The translations under genes were made by a program, and so were the position numbers. A stretch of 64,000 bases of DNA from Candidatus Kaiserbacteria bacterium (GTDB taxonomy: Bacteria; Patescibacteriota; Minisyncoccia; Phycocordibacterales; UBA2100), in assembly GCA_016217925.1 (NCBI GenBank), contig JACRFK010000003.1, forward strand, positions 271,656 to 335,655, given 5' to 3'. Positions 30,275 to 40,420 of this stretch are shown here, in pieces. The notes under the pieces are model-generated. The model was not told where the DNA came from. It made no database searches and was given only the letters and a program-made list of their open reading frames with translations. Within the stretch, counting starts at the first letter, position 1; each line of letters starts with the position of its first letter.

Positions 30275-31228
30275 CTATTTTTTTCTGCGCGGGCGCGGGG
30301 AAGTGGCGGGCGCGGACGGCTTGTCTTTTTGCGCAAGCACATTGATAGCGGGAACGATTATCTTCAGCGTATCGTCATAAAAGTTGAGGTCGCCGACCGC
30401 AGAGAGCGGGAACCACTGCGCATCGTCCAAGCCACCACTCGAGCCGAGCCGCAGCTCGGAAAAGGGCGATTCCGCGAGGAAGTAGCTCACACGCTTGCGC
30501 TTCTTGCCGCCTTCCACCTTGGAATCATTCGCTACGTATTCATTCACGCCGAGCTCTTGGACTATCTTGATATCGAGTCCCATCTCCTCTTTTATTTCGC
30601 GGACAGCGCCCGCCTGTATATCTTCACCCTCTTCAATCTTCCCCTTCGAGAGTGTCCAATGGCCAAAAATGTCGTGGACAAACGCGAGGTACGTTTCACC
30701 TTCCGCTCGCGCATAGACGACCGCGCCAGCCAAATGCTCGGTCGGCATTTTTGCGGGCTTTTGCCCGACCTCTTTGCGCGCGCCGCCTTCGTTTTTACCC
30801 GGTTCGCCGAGCTCAACATAGACAGCACCCAAGACGCCGTTGACGAACCGTCCCGATGAGGCACTGCCGAAGGCTTTTGCAAGCTCAATGGCCTCGTTAA
30901 TGGCGACTTTGGCGGGTACCTGGGTCCGGTCGGCAAAAAGGAGTTCAGTGAGACCGAGCCGCAATACGTTGCGGTCAATCGCCGCGATACGGTCTATCGG
31001 CCACTCGGGCGCGGCGCGTACGATGACCTCGTCTATTTCTTTTTGCTTCCCGACGGCGGTCTGGAGGAGGTTTTTCATGAACGGCATATCGCTGTCGCGT
31101 GCGCCGAATTCCTTGCCGTAATCGGCAAGCCGCGAGAGGGCCTCGTCATTCGTCATGGTGCCTCCCGAAGAATCGCGCTCGAAGAGCACTTGGAGAACGA
31201 CTGAACGAGCAAGGTGTCTATTTGCCAT
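30275..31228 (-). CDS. nusB: NusB fused to a C-terminal NUDIX domain
   Basis: INEAIELAK.FG...FVNGVL; KG.IE.GE....AVREIKEEMG Nudix box. Confidence 0.9.
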   Translation of the reverse strand: MANRHLARSVVLQVLFERDSSGGTMTNDEALSRLADYGKEFGARDSDMPFMKNLLQTAVGKQKEIDEVIVRAAPEWPIDRIAAIDRNVLRLGLTELLFADRTQVPAKVAINEAIELAKAFGSASSGRFVNGVLGAVYVELGEPGKNEGGARKEVGQKPAKMPTEHLAGAVVYARAEGETYLAFVHDIFGHWTLSKGKIEEGEDIQAGAVREIKEEMGLDIKIVQELGVNEYVANDSKVEGGKKRKRVSYFLAESPFSELRLGSSGGLDDAQWFPLSAVGDLNFYDDTLKIIVPAINVLAQKDKPSAPATSPRPRRKK

Positions 31229-31376
31229 ACAAGAGCTACTTCACGAAGCAGTATACCCCATGAGATAACGTTTCCAATTGTATAAGGTGTTGATGAGTAT
31301 TGATTGAAGATTCGCGTGAGTTGTGGAAATCAAAAAAAGATATCTCACGGGGCAGGCACAACAAAAACCGCGGAGT

Positions 31377-31652
31377 TTACGCCGTTTTGGTTGTTTCTTT
31401 TTCTTTCGTTTCTTCGCTCTGGCCGGCGGCCCGCAATTCAGTCTGCTTGCGCTTTGCGCGGCGCGCGGTGCGCGAGGACTGTGCGACTATGTCGATGATG
31501 ATTTTGCCGTTGTATTTTCCGCACTGTGGGCATGCGCGGTGAGAGATGCGGGAGGCGCCGCATTCACACGTGGCGAGGCGCTGCCCCGCGATAGCGTGAT
31601 GGCTCCGGCGTTTACCGGTCTTTGAGCGATTGACGCGCATTCGTACTACCAT
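31377..31652 (-). CDS. rpmF: 50S ribosomal protein L32
   Basis: RRSHH...C.CG....HRAC..CG.Y. Confidence 0.9.
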   Translation of the reverse strand: MVVRMRVNRSKTGKRRSHHAIAGQRLATCECGASRISHRACPQCGKYNGKIIIDIVAQSSRTARRAKRKQTELRAAGQSEETKEKETTKTA

Positions 31653-31722
31653 AGTGGGAAGACTATACCGTAAAACAGGGACTTTGCAAATCATCGGGGC
31701 CGCGATTGGTATCGCGGCCCGC

Positions 31723-32310
31723 TCATTTGACCCTCCCTTTGCGGATATCGTCGGCCGCTTGCCTCCCGACGAAATTGACGACTTGTACCCATTCGTCAAC
31801 TTCCCCGCCCCACTCGCGCAAAGCTTTCTTAAGCGCGGGCGGGCAACGTCTCACGCGAGCCGCTTGTATGGCAACCTCGGCTTGTTTCTTGACCGCATTG
31901 GTGGCCGTCTCGACACCTTCTCCGTCGAGCACGCTCCGGAAGAACAGCGAAAATACTTTTTCCGTGTTGTCGAATATTCTCGACTCTTCGGAAAATCCGA
32001 ACCTTCTCATCCGGTCCGCGAGAAGCGCACCCCTGAAGACGAGCGTCCGGATTCTGCCTTCACATCCGTCAAGTATGTCTCTCGGCGGAGGGATGCGCCC
32101 GTTGTCCGGAGCGTACCCCGCCCATGCCCACGCCGCTCTTTGCATGCGGTCACTTCGGAGAACCGACGGGACAAGCAGCACCATCGCGGCGATGACCATC
32201 GCCACGACGAGTTTCCAGAAGGTGACGAACCCGGTATCGACAACTGCTACGGTAAGTTCCCAGACGAACGCTGCCGCAAGGAAACCCAACGTTGGAACAA
32301 ACTGCTCCAT
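31723..32310 (-). CDS. hypothetical membrane-anchored protein
   Basis: AGGAGG RBS; two N-terminal TM segments. Confidence 0.55.
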   Translation of the reverse strand: MEQFVPTLGFLAAAFVWELTVAVVDTGFVTFWKLVVAMVIAAMVLLVPSVLRSDRMQRAAWAWAGYAPDNGRIPPPRDILDGCEGRIRTLVFRGALLADRMRRFGFSEESRIFDNTEKVFSLFFRSVLDGEGVETATNAVKKQAEVAIQAARVRRCPPALKKALREWGGEVDEWVQVVNFVGRQAADDIRKGRVK

Positions 32311-32368
32311 CTTTGCCTCCTTTCGGCAAGATTGCTGTTTTCCCGCTCAAAGACGGGCTTTTCACATC

Positions 32369-32971
32369 TTATACGCAATCCCGCGCATGAAGCAACCGCG
32401 AACAAAAACTCGTCCGGTGAATGTCCGACAAGCCACATCGTTGAATGACTGAGATATGTGACGCGGTCCCGTACCCTTTATGAGCATGGAAATCGTAGGC
32501 GGGGTACTTGGATGAGAGGCGTTTCATCAGCCGGTCGCGCGTGACTTTTGCCATGACGGACGCGAGCGAGATTACGGGCTCGGTGTCGTCTCCGCGGATG
32601 ATTGTCTCCTGACGGATGTACTCCGCGGGCGCTTTGAGGCTTCCATCTAGCAGTACGCGGCAGTCTTTTGCCTCAACTTCCAATCGGGAAAGGGCCTCGG
32701 CGAGCGCGCGCTTGATGGCGGGCACGATTCCATATCTATCGATGTACGCCGCAGATGATGTGGAGACGGCAAAGCGTAACGAATGTGACCTTTCCAGCTC
32801 ACCCGCGCGTGTAAAAATCTCCTCGCGCTTTTTTTCCGAGAGTTTTTTGGAATCCCGCACGCCCTCTACGAGTCCCCAATCAAAATCCGTTGGCACCAAG
32901 ACCGCCCCCACCGCAACGGGCCCCGCCAGTGGCCCCCGCCCCGCTTCGTCTACTCCAACGACGTATTTCAT
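32369..32971 (-). CDS. rnhB: ribonuclease HII
   Basis: GVDEAGRGPLAGPV, DSKKL, AS..AKV.RD, KGYGT. Confidence 0.96.
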   Translation of the reverse strand: MKYVVGVDEAGRGPLAGPVAVGAVLVPTDFDWGLVEGVRDSKKLSEKKREEIFTRAGELERSHSLRFAVSTSSAAYIDRYGIVPAIKRALAEALSRLEVEAKDCRVLLDGSLKAPAEYIRQETIIRGDDTEPVISLASVMAKVTRDRLMKRLSSKYPAYDFHAHKGYGTASHISVIQRCGLSDIHRTSFCSRLLHARDCV

Positions 32972-33102
32972 CCTGTTAATAATATCAGTTGAAAAAGGGC
33001 CGGCTTTTGCTAGGCTGCAGTCTGCCATTGGTCTTGATGTACAGCAGGTCCACTGGCAGGCGCAACGGGCAGAAATGCCCATTTTATGAAATGAGGAATG
33101 CC

Positions 33103-33378
33103 ATGGCTAAGACGGGCTTCGACGTAGAAGGCACGATGGTTAAGCTGCGGGCAGGACAGACCGCCCTGACCGACAAACTCATCAAGGGCCTGCACAAGGG
33201 GGGCGCAAGCGATTTCTTGCGCGAATTCTACGCCGCCCCATACACAAAGTGGCTGAAGAGACAGCCGCCCGAACATGTGGAAGACGTGGGCGACCGGTCC
33301 CTAGCAAAGGAGGGCCAGGTACCGGGTCACCCTGACTTCGTGGAAGTCGACCGGCGAATCGCAGCCGACACGCGGTGA
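33103..33378 (+). CDS. hypothetical protein
   Basis: GAGGA RBS; terminator-like hairpin after the stop. Confidence 0.5.
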   Translation: MAKTGFDVEGTMVKLRAGQTALTDKLIKGLHKGGASDFLREFYAAPYTKWLKRQPPEHVEDVGDRSLAKEGQVPGHPDFVEVDRRIAADTR

Positions 33379-33457
33379 ACCGCGGAAACGAAATGCGAAA
33401 GGGCGGCCTGCGGACCGCCCTTTTCGATGCAAAAAATGAGAGTGATATACTGCCCCT

Positions 33458-36400
33458 ATGAGTGCGCGCGAATTCGTCCATTTGCATACTCACTCGCACT
33501 ATTCGCTCCTCGAAGCACTGCCCAAAATCCCCGAGCTTGTCGCTGCGGCTGCCAAAGATGGCCAGACAGCGCTTGCGCTCACCGACAACGGCAACCTCTA
33601 CGGCGCGATAGATTTCTACAAAGAGTGTAAGGACAATAGCGTGAAGCCGATTATCGGCGTCGATTTCTATGTCGCCCCGCGTACCCGCGCGCAAAAGGAG
33701 CATCGCATCGATGAACACACCTCGCGACTCGTGCTTTTGGCGAAGAACGAAACGGGGTATCGCAACCTGATGCAGCTTGTCTCGCGCTCGCACCTCGAAG
33801 GCTTTTATTACCGCCCGCGCATAGACCGCGAACTCATCGAAGCGCACCGCGAAGGACTCGTCGCGATACTTCCCTCTTTTGGCGGCGAACACGCCAAGCA
33901 CCTTCGCGAACACAATGCCGGGAAAGCGCGGGAGTGCGTGGATTGGCACAAAAAAATATATGGCGATGACTTGTTCCTGGAAATAACCCGTCACCCGGAG
34001 ATAGACGGACACGAGGGTCAGATGCAGGAGATTATTTCGCTCGCGCGCGGGGCCGGTGTCCCGCTTGTGGCAGCGCACGACACGTACTATCTGAAGAAGG
34101 AAGACGCGCTCGCGCGCGAGCTGGTGCGCAAAATCCGGAGCGCCGGCGTACTGAATCGCGACTTTGAGCAGGGCGCCCCCGATTTCTCATTCATGCCGCG
34201 CGCGCAGATGGAAGAGTCTTTCAAGGATATTCCGGAGGCACTTGAAAATAGCGCGCGCATTGCCGAGAGATGCGAGCTGGAGCTGAAGCTAGGGCTCTGG
34301 GTCTTCCCCGATTTTCCCATTCCCGCCGGAAGTAGCGCAAATGACGAGTTGCGAGCGCTCGCGCAGGCAGGATTCAAGGAGCGCGGCGTCGCCGAGACCT
34401 CCGAGAACAAAGAGCGCGTTGGCTATGAGCTTTCCATAATCGGAAGCAAGGGGTACTCGCCGTATTTTCTCGTCGTTGCGGACCTCTTGCGCCACGCACG
34501 CGAGAAGGGAATTCTCACCAATACTAGAGGCAGCGCGGCGGGCTCTCTCGTCTCGTACCTCTCCGGCATCACGACGGTAAACCCCATCGAATATCAACTC
34601 CCCTTCGAGCGATTTTTGAATCCCGAGCGACCGAGCCCGCCCGATATCGACATGGACCTCGCCGACAACCGCCGCGACGAGCTCATCGCGTATGTGAGGG
34701 AAAAATACGGGGAAGAAAAAGTGGCGCAGATAGGCACTTTCGGCACCATGATGGCGCGCGCGGCCGTGCGCGACGTTTCGCGCGCGCTCGGACATCCCTA
34801 CAGCCTCGGCGACACGATTGCCAAGCTCATTCCATTCGGCAAGCAGGGATTCCCCGTGACTATTGCGGGAGCTTTGGAGGAAGTGCCCGAGCTCGCGCAG
34901 CTGTATAAGAAAGACGCGGATGCGCGCGAAGTTCTCGATCTCGCGCAAAAAGTCGAAGGCAATGCGCGCCACGTCGGCGTCCACGCCGCGGGAGTCGTTA
35001 TTGCGCCGACCGCCGTCACCGACTACTCGCCTATTCAAATAGACCCCAAGGGCAATCACATCATCACGCAGTACGACATGTACGCGATTGAAGAAGCGGG
35101 GCTTCTGAAATTCGATTTCCTCGGACTTACCAACCTCTCGGTCCTTGCCGACGCGGTCGCGCGCGTGCGCGAGCGCTTGCACGTAGACATTGATCTCGAC
35201 AAGCTCCCGCTCGATGACACAAAGACTTTCGAAATGCTCTCACGCGGCGAGACGCTCGGAGTATTTCAACTCGCAGGCGGCGGCATGACGGCCTACCTCG
35301 TCGACCTAAAGCCGACCGCCATCCACGACATCAACGCGATGGTCGCGCTCTACCGCCCGGGCCCGATGGCTTTCATCCCCGCATACATCGAACGCAAAAA
35401 AGATCCGAAGCTCGTGAAATACCTCGACCCGCGTATGGAGATTATTCTCAAGAATTCCTACGGCGTCATTACCTATCAGGACGACGTGCTGGAGATTGCT
35501 ATCAAGATAGCCGGATACTCGTGGCTCGAGGCCGATAAATTCAGGAAAGCGATGGGGAAGAAGATACCGGCGGAAATGAAAGCGCAGAAAGAAAAGTTCA
35601 CCAAAGGCTGTGTGGCGGGCGGCATGAAGAAAGAGGCCGTACAGCAGTTGTGGGAACAGATAGAAACATTTGCCGCATACGGCTTCAACAAAGCGCACGC
35701 CGCTTCTTACGGCAACTTGGCGTATAAAACGGCTTACATGAAGGCTAATTTCCCTGTCGACTATATGGCGGCGGTGCTCACTGCGGACGCCGGCGACGTC
35801 GAAAAGATTTCGGAGGTCGTCGCCGAGTGCAAACGCATGGGTATCAATGTATTGCCGCCGTCGGTCAGTGAGAGTTACGGCAATTTTACCGTCGTAGATG
35901 AAAAAAATATTCGCTTTGGTCTGTATTCGATAAAGAACTTCGGCACGGGTGTCGGAGATTCCATCATCGCCGCAAGGAAAGAAGGAGGACCATTTAAGGA
36001 CATCGCCGATTTTCTCTCCCGCATCCTGGACCCCGTTAGAGGCGACGCCTCTAACGGGGCGGGCAAGAATCTCAACAAAAAATCCCTGGAATCTCTCATC
36101 CAGTGCGGCGCGTTTGACGACATGAGGCTCTCCCGCGGCGAGCTCATGGAGAACATCGAGACTCTTCTCACCTTCCACCGCGAGCATCTTAGTTCACCGA
36201 AAGACCAAAGCTCACTCTTCGGTACGATGAGCGCCCCGCGTCTGTCGCTCTCACTGCAACGCGCAAAGCCCGTCGCGCTCGAGACGCTCTTGGGATGGGA
36301 AAAAGAATTGCTCGGCCTCTATATTTCCGGACATCCGCTCGACAAACACAAAGCGAAATTCGCCGATACAAAAAAGAGCATCAAATACGCAAAAGAACAT

Positions 36401-36652
36401 CTGAAGGGCGTGGAGACCGTCATCGCGGGGTTTGTCGAGAGCGCCCGCATCAACCAGACGAAGAACGGAGAAAAGATGGGGTTCCTCAAGCTCGCTGATT
36501 TTTCTGACTCCATCGAGGCCGTAGTCTTCCCACGGACCTTCAAAGAATGCGAATCTATCATCACCCCCGGCTCCTGTGTCGCGTTCAAAGGCAAAATCTC
36601 GGACAGGAACGGGGAATCTAGTTTTGTTGTAGAGCGTGCTAAAGCACTGTGA
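33458..36652 (+). CDS. dnaE: DNA polymerase III alpha subunit
   Basis: HLHTHSHYS PHP domain, RGSAAGS, PDIDMD, YGFNKAHA. Confidence 0.98.
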   Translation: MSAREFVHLHTHSHYSLLEALPKIPELVAAAAKDGQTALALTDNGNLYGAIDFYKECKDNSVKPIIGVDFYVAPRTRAQKEHRIDEHTSRLVLLAKNETGYRNLMQLVSRSHLEGFYYRPRIDRELIEAHREGLVAILPSFGGEHAKHLREHNAGKARECVDWHKKIYGDDLFLEITRHPEIDGHEGQMQEIISLARGAGVPLVAAHDTYYLKKEDALARELVRKIRSAGVLNRDFEQGAPDFSFMPRAQMEESFKDIPEALENSARIAERCELELKLGLWVFPDFPIPAGSSANDELRALAQAGFKERGVAETSENKERVGYELSIIGSKGYSPYFLVVADLLRHAREKGILTNTRGSAAGSLVSYLSGITTVNPIEYQLPFERFLNPERPSPPDIDMDLADNRRDELIAYVREKYGEEKVAQIGTFGTMMARAAVRDVSRALGHPYSLGDTIAKLIPFGKQGFPVTIAGALEEVPELAQLYKKDADAREVLDLAQKVEGNARHVGVHAAGVVIAPTAVTDYSPIQIDPKGNHIITQYDMYAIEEAGLLKFDFLGLTNLSVLADAVARVRERLHVDIDLDKLPLDDTKTFEMLSRGETLGVFQLAGGGMTAYLVDLKPTAIHDINAMVALYRPGPMAFIPAYIERKKDPKLVKYLDPRMEIILKNSYGVITYQDDVLEIAIKIAGYSWLEADKFRKAMGKKIPAEMKAQKEKFTKGCVAGGMKKEAVQQLWEQIETFAAYGFNKAHAASYGNLAYKTAYMKANFPVDYMAAVLTADAGDVEKISEVVAECKRMGINVLPPSVSESYGNFTVVDEKNIRFGLYSIKNFGTGVGDSIIAARKEGGPFKDIADFLSRILDPVRGDASNGAGKNLNKKSLESLIQCGAFDDMRLSRGELMENIETLLTFHREHLSSPKDQSSLFGTMSAPRLSLSLQRAKPVALETLLGWEKELLGLYISGHPLDKHKAKFADTKKSIKYAKEHLKGVETVIAGFVESARINQTKNGEKMGFLKLADFSDSIEAVVFPRTFKECESIITPGSCVAFKGKISDRNGESSFVVERAKAL
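36031..36059. repeat. family B short hairpin in-frame in dnaE (PVRGDASNG)
   Basis: ccccgttagaggc-gac-gcctctaacgggg, perfect 13-bp stem. Confidence 0.88.
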
Positions 36653-36657
36653 GTGGA

Positions 36658-36686
36658 TTGACACCGGAGGGCTGGAGCGCTAAGAT
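36658..36686 (+). promoter_or_regulatory. sigma70 promoter of the thrS leader
   Basis: TTGACA-17 nt-TAAGAT. Confidence 0.7.
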
Positions 36687-36692
36687 TAGCCG

Positions 36693-36889
36693 TGTGAGGG
36701 ATTGCTCTGGCCACCAACCGGAGTCCCGCCCTTTCTTTAGAAAGAGCGGGAGCGATAGCCTAACCTGACAGAAAGAGTGTCCCGCCCTTTCCGGAGAAAG
36801 AGCGGGAAAACTAGGTGGAACCGCGGTTTAGTGAGATCGCCCTAGTGAGTGTACGAGATTCTCGTGCGTTCACTCGGGCGCTTTTTATT
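36693..36889 (+). promoter_or_regulatory. T-box riboswitch leader with terminator
   Basis: AACTAGGTGGAACCGCG at 36809-36825; long terminator stem 36838-36880 plus T-tract, upstream of thrS. Confidence 0.8.
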
Positions 36890-36910
36890 ATCCGGCGTAT
36901 TTGTATCTCT

Positions 36911-38155
36911 ATGGCAGACGAACAACACAATTCGAACGAACGAGATCATAAGAAACTCGGCCGCGAGCTCGACCTCTTCACCTTTTCAGACACGGTGGGC
37001 AAAGGACTCCCCCTGTGGACTCCCAAGGGTTCTGTCATTCGCCGCGAACTCGAACGCTTCATCGTTGACGAAGAGATCCGCCGCGGCTACTTGCACGTCT
37101 ACACGCCGGATATTGCCAAGCTCGATCTATACCGCAAATCCGGCCACTACCCGCACTACAAGGATTCAATGTACGCGCCCATCGTCATCGACGACGAAGA
37201 ATACATGCTTCGCCCGATGACATGCCCGCACCACTTCGAGCTCTACCTCGATAAGCCGCATAGCTACCGCGAATTGCCGATACGCATCGCCGAGCTCGCC
37301 AGGCTTTATCGCTATGAGCAATCGGGCGAATTGATGGGCCTTCAGCGTGTACGGACGTTCTGCCTCGCAGACGCGCACATCATCTGCGTCAGTGAGGAGC
37401 AGGCGATTGAAGAGGTGTCGAAAGCGCTCGATCTCATCGTCGATGTCGCCCGTGTCCTCGGCCTCAAACAGGGAGAGCACTATCGTTTTCTTCTCTCACT
37501 CGGTGACCGCACGAACACCGAGAAATACTATAAAAATGACGCGGCGTGGGAGAAGGGCGAGTCGCTTCTGCGAGGGCTCATGCAAAAGCGCGGAGAGGAA
37601 TTCGAAGAGGCGAAGGGCGAGGCCGCCTTTTACGGACCCAAGATTGACGTCCAGATGAAGAATGTGAACGGCAAAGAAGACACGGCCTTCACAGTACAAT
37701 ACGACTTCTGCATGCCGGACAAATTTGACCTTACCTATGTCGGAGAGGACGGCAAACCTCATCGCGCATTCGTGGTGCACCGCTCTTCTATCGGCGCCAT
37801 TGAGCGTATCGTCGCCTTTCTTATCGAACACTACTCCGGCAACTTCCCGCTCTGGCTTTCGCCGGTGCAGGCAAAGATATTGCCTATTTCGGAGAAGCAC
37901 GCGGCATATGCCCAAGAGATCGCAGAACAATTCCGTGCAGCCGATATCCGTATCGAGATAAGCGCCGATGATTCGCTCGGCAAACGTATCCGCTCCGCAA
38001 AGATGGAGAAAGTCCCGTACGTCCTCGTCGTCGGGGATGCGGAAGTGGAAGCAAAGACGGCGACCCTCGAAGGTCGAGCGGGGAAGATCGGCGCACTTCC
38101 GGTCGCCGACATCATCGCAAAATTGAAAGAAGAGATACGAACTCGCGCTCTCTAA
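36911..38155 (+). CDS. thrS: threonine--tRNA ligase lacking the N-terminal editing domains
   Basis: RDHKKLG, RPMTCPHH, AFYGPKID, HR...G..ER. Confidence 0.95.
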   Translation: MADEQHNSNERDHKKLGRELDLFTFSDTVGKGLPLWTPKGSVIRRELERFIVDEEIRRGYLHVYTPDIAKLDLYRKSGHYPHYKDSMYAPIVIDDEEYMLRPMTCPHHFELYLDKPHSYRELPIRIAELARLYRYEQSGELMGLQRVRTFCLADAHIICVSEEQAIEEVSKALDLIVDVARVLGLKQGEHYRFLLSLGDRTNTEKYYKNDAAWEKGESLLRGLMQKRGEEFEEAKGEAAFYGPKIDVQMKNVNGKEDTAFTVQYDFCMPDKFDLTYVGEDGKPHRAFVVHRSSIGAIERIVAFLIEHYSGNFPLWLSPVQAKILPISEKHAAYAQEIAEQFRAADIRIEISADDSLGKRIRSAKMEKVPYVLVVGDAEVEAKTATLEGRAGKIGALPVADIIAKLKEEIRTRAL

Positions 38156-38156
38156 C

Positions 38157-38185
38157 AAAAACCCCCGCGAATCGCGGGGGTTTTT
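38157..38185. terminator. bidirectional terminator
   Basis: aaaaacccccgcga-a-tcgcgggggttttt. Confidence 0.85.
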
Positions 38186-38222
38186 GTTTTCACCTTGGAG
38201 CTTTTGCGGGGCGGCGGCGAAA

Positions 38223-39635
38223 TTAGGTGCGAGTGATAATGATGCGCGGTGCCTCACCCTCTTTCGAGTGCATGACCACCATCGAGTCCATCGTTGATTT
38301 GGCCGTCGGCGCGACCGGAAGATTCTCCAGCGCGTCTATCTGGATTGGGCTCGGCGTCATCGTTTCGAGAGGAGCCTCCTCAACTTTCGTTTCGACAGGC
38401 GCCGGCACCGTGGCTTCGTGCATCGTCACTTTGCGTGAACCGAGCATCGAACCTACGAGGGTCATTGCACCTCCCTTGTAGTAGACGACGAGGTAGGCAC
38501 CGGCTATCGCGAAGGAGATGAGCGAGAGCCAGTAGATAGCGTTGCCGAAGGGTCCTGCATCGAAGCCCGTGTACGGGATCTGCGAGAGCGAGACGTAGGA
38601 GCCCTGGACCGTGACATACGTGCTGCAGGTATTCGTGCCGCCGTAGCCCGAGACCGTGAGTGTGTAGGTCTTGGAGACATTCGGGCGCACCGCGAGCGAG
38701 CCGTTGGTGGATACCACGCCGATGCCATCAGAGAGCCAAGCGCTCGTGGCACCGCTTGAAGACCACGTGAGGTACGCAGCCTGTCCATTCACTATCGAGC
38801 TCGGAGAAGCCGTGATGGTGCAGTACGCGTTGCTGTAGGTCGGGTACGTCGGATAAATCGGATACGTGGGGTACGTCGGGTACACAGGGTAGGTCGGGTA
38901 GACCGGCTGTTGCTGGTAGACGTACTGTATCGGGTACGTGACGCCTGTGTACACGACAGGAGTGACCGGAGCCGAGTTTACGTTCGTGTTGACGTTGTTG
39001 TTATTGTTCGTGTTCACGATGTTAATCGGACCTCCACCCTGTTGCTGTTGCTGCTGTTGCTGTTGCTGAACCGGGCGCTGTTGCTGAGGAGCAGGATAGC
39101 TCGGGTACGAGGGAGCGTAAGAGGTCGACGGAGCGCGGAAGGAGAACGGCATACTCGGAGTAGGTTTGTAGTTCGGCTGCGAGTAGCTCTGAGTGTCGTA
39201 CGAGCGTTCGGAATACGCTACACCATCTTCGTAGATGTAGTCACAATCGCACTCGTTGTCCCACGTAGTACCTTCGTAGTTCCACGTTGGGTTTTCATCC
39301 CACGTAGTACCTTCGTAGTTCCACGTTGGGTTTTCATCCCACGTAGTTCCTTCGTAGTTCCATGTCGGATTTTGATCCCAAGTAGTACCTTCGTAGTTCC
39401 ACGTCGGAGAATCCGCATAACCAAGGTACCCACCGTTGGTGTCACCACCGGCGTCCCAAGTAGTGCCGTCGTAGCTCCATGTCGGCGTGTCACCACCGGA
39501 GTCCCACGTAGTGCCTTCGTAGTTCCACTCCTGTGCGAAGGCAGACGTAGGGATTGCGGCAAATGCGCCAAAAGCGAGCACCGCCACAGCCAGAAAAAAG
39601 ACAGAAACTGAACTTACTTTTGATGCATTTGTCAT
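38223..39635 (-). CDS. secreted repeat surface protein with IPYTG sorting-like motif
   Basis: signal peptide; (W-N/S-Y-E/D-G-T-T-W-D) repeats, poly-Q, YPT repeats, beta-rich domain, IPYTG then TM helix. Confidence 0.75.
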   Translation of the reverse strand: MTNASKVSSVSVFFLAVAVLAFGAFAAIPTSAFAQEWNYEGTTWDSGGDTPTWSYDGTTWDAGGDTNGGYLGYADSPTWNYEGTTWDQNPTWNYEGTTWDENPTWNYEGTTWDENPTWNYEGTTWDNECDCDYIYEDGVAYSERSYDTQSYSQPNYKPTPSMPFSFRAPSTSYAPSYPSYPAPQQQRPVQQQQQQQQQQGGGPINIVNTNNNNNVNTNVNSAPVTPVVYTGVTYPIQYVYQQQPVYPTYPVYPTYPTYPIYPTYPTYSNAYCTITASPSSIVNGQAAYLTWSSSGATSAWLSDGIGVVSTNGSLAVRPNVSKTYTLTVSGYGGTNTCSTYVTVQGSYVSLSQIPYTGFDAGPFGNAIYWLSLISFAIAGAYLVVYYKGGAMTLVGSMLGSRKVTMHEATVPAPVETKVEEAPLETMTPSPIQIDALENLPVAPTAKSTMDSMVVMHSKEGEAPRIIITRT

Positions 39636-39881
39636 AATTTTATGATTTCCTAAAAACCCTGATTTATAAAGCTATTAAACCGATAATTTGTTAAGCTGGG
39701 GTATTATATCAGGTGTATCAGCATTGTCAAGTCCCCTCTTAGAGGCAGCTGTCGGGTGCGGACGGCGGCAAAAAAGCCGAACGTCCGCACCCCTTGTTCC
39801 CTCGCGGCAGGTCATCGAGACCGGCTCGCAGCCTTTCTCGGAAGCGGTACGACGCTGCCATCGAGACGCCTCATGGGGACG

Positions 39882-40214
39882 TCACAGTTGAAGTGCACAG
39901 GCGTGACGCCCGGGGGCCATGGCGCTTCGCGACGACGTGGCTTGTGCGGTTCCACCCAGCCCGTCCGCTCGGACCCATTTACCGACGGACAATGCATCGT
40001 CTTGAACAGCCGGTTGACGGGGCACCAGTTTGCCGGGAGGAAAGCCCCGCACCGTCAAGACGTTCCCAAAGGCGCCGCATACTTTGACGACACCCTGAGC
40101 GTCCGTGACAGGCACAGCGTCCCCAAGCGGGCAACGTCCTGCTGCTGAGGCAGGAGTCTGAAAGATCATCATTCCCGCCATCAGCGACGGCAGGACTAGG
40201 AAACGAATACGCAT
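39882..40214 (-). CDS. hypothetical secreted protein
   Basis: signal-peptide-like N-terminus; AAGGAG RBS. Confidence 0.4.
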   Translation of the reverse strand: MRIRFLVLPSLMAGMMIFQTPASAAGRCPLGDAVPVTDAQGVVKVCGAFGNVLTVRGFPPGKLVPRQPAVQDDALSVGKWVRADGLGGTAQATSSRSAMAPGRHACALQL

Positions 40215-40420
40215 GATTCAGCTCCTTGCGCAGTTCCTCGGCGGTCTCTTTAGACCTTGACCGACTTGCTATATAGCATAAACCATGGTGAAAGTATAGT
40301 GAATGTTTATAAAAAGAAAAGAGGGCGCCCGGGGGCACCCTCTCTTTTAGTTCGACAGCCATTGAGCCATCGGTTTGAAGCGTTAAGCTACGCTTCGGAG
40401 CAACCCAACCGCCAGGAAAG

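Noticed and set aside
39259-39410. 39-bp tandem repeats as a CRISPR or non-coding VNTR
   Set aside because: In-frame coding repeats with no unique spacers
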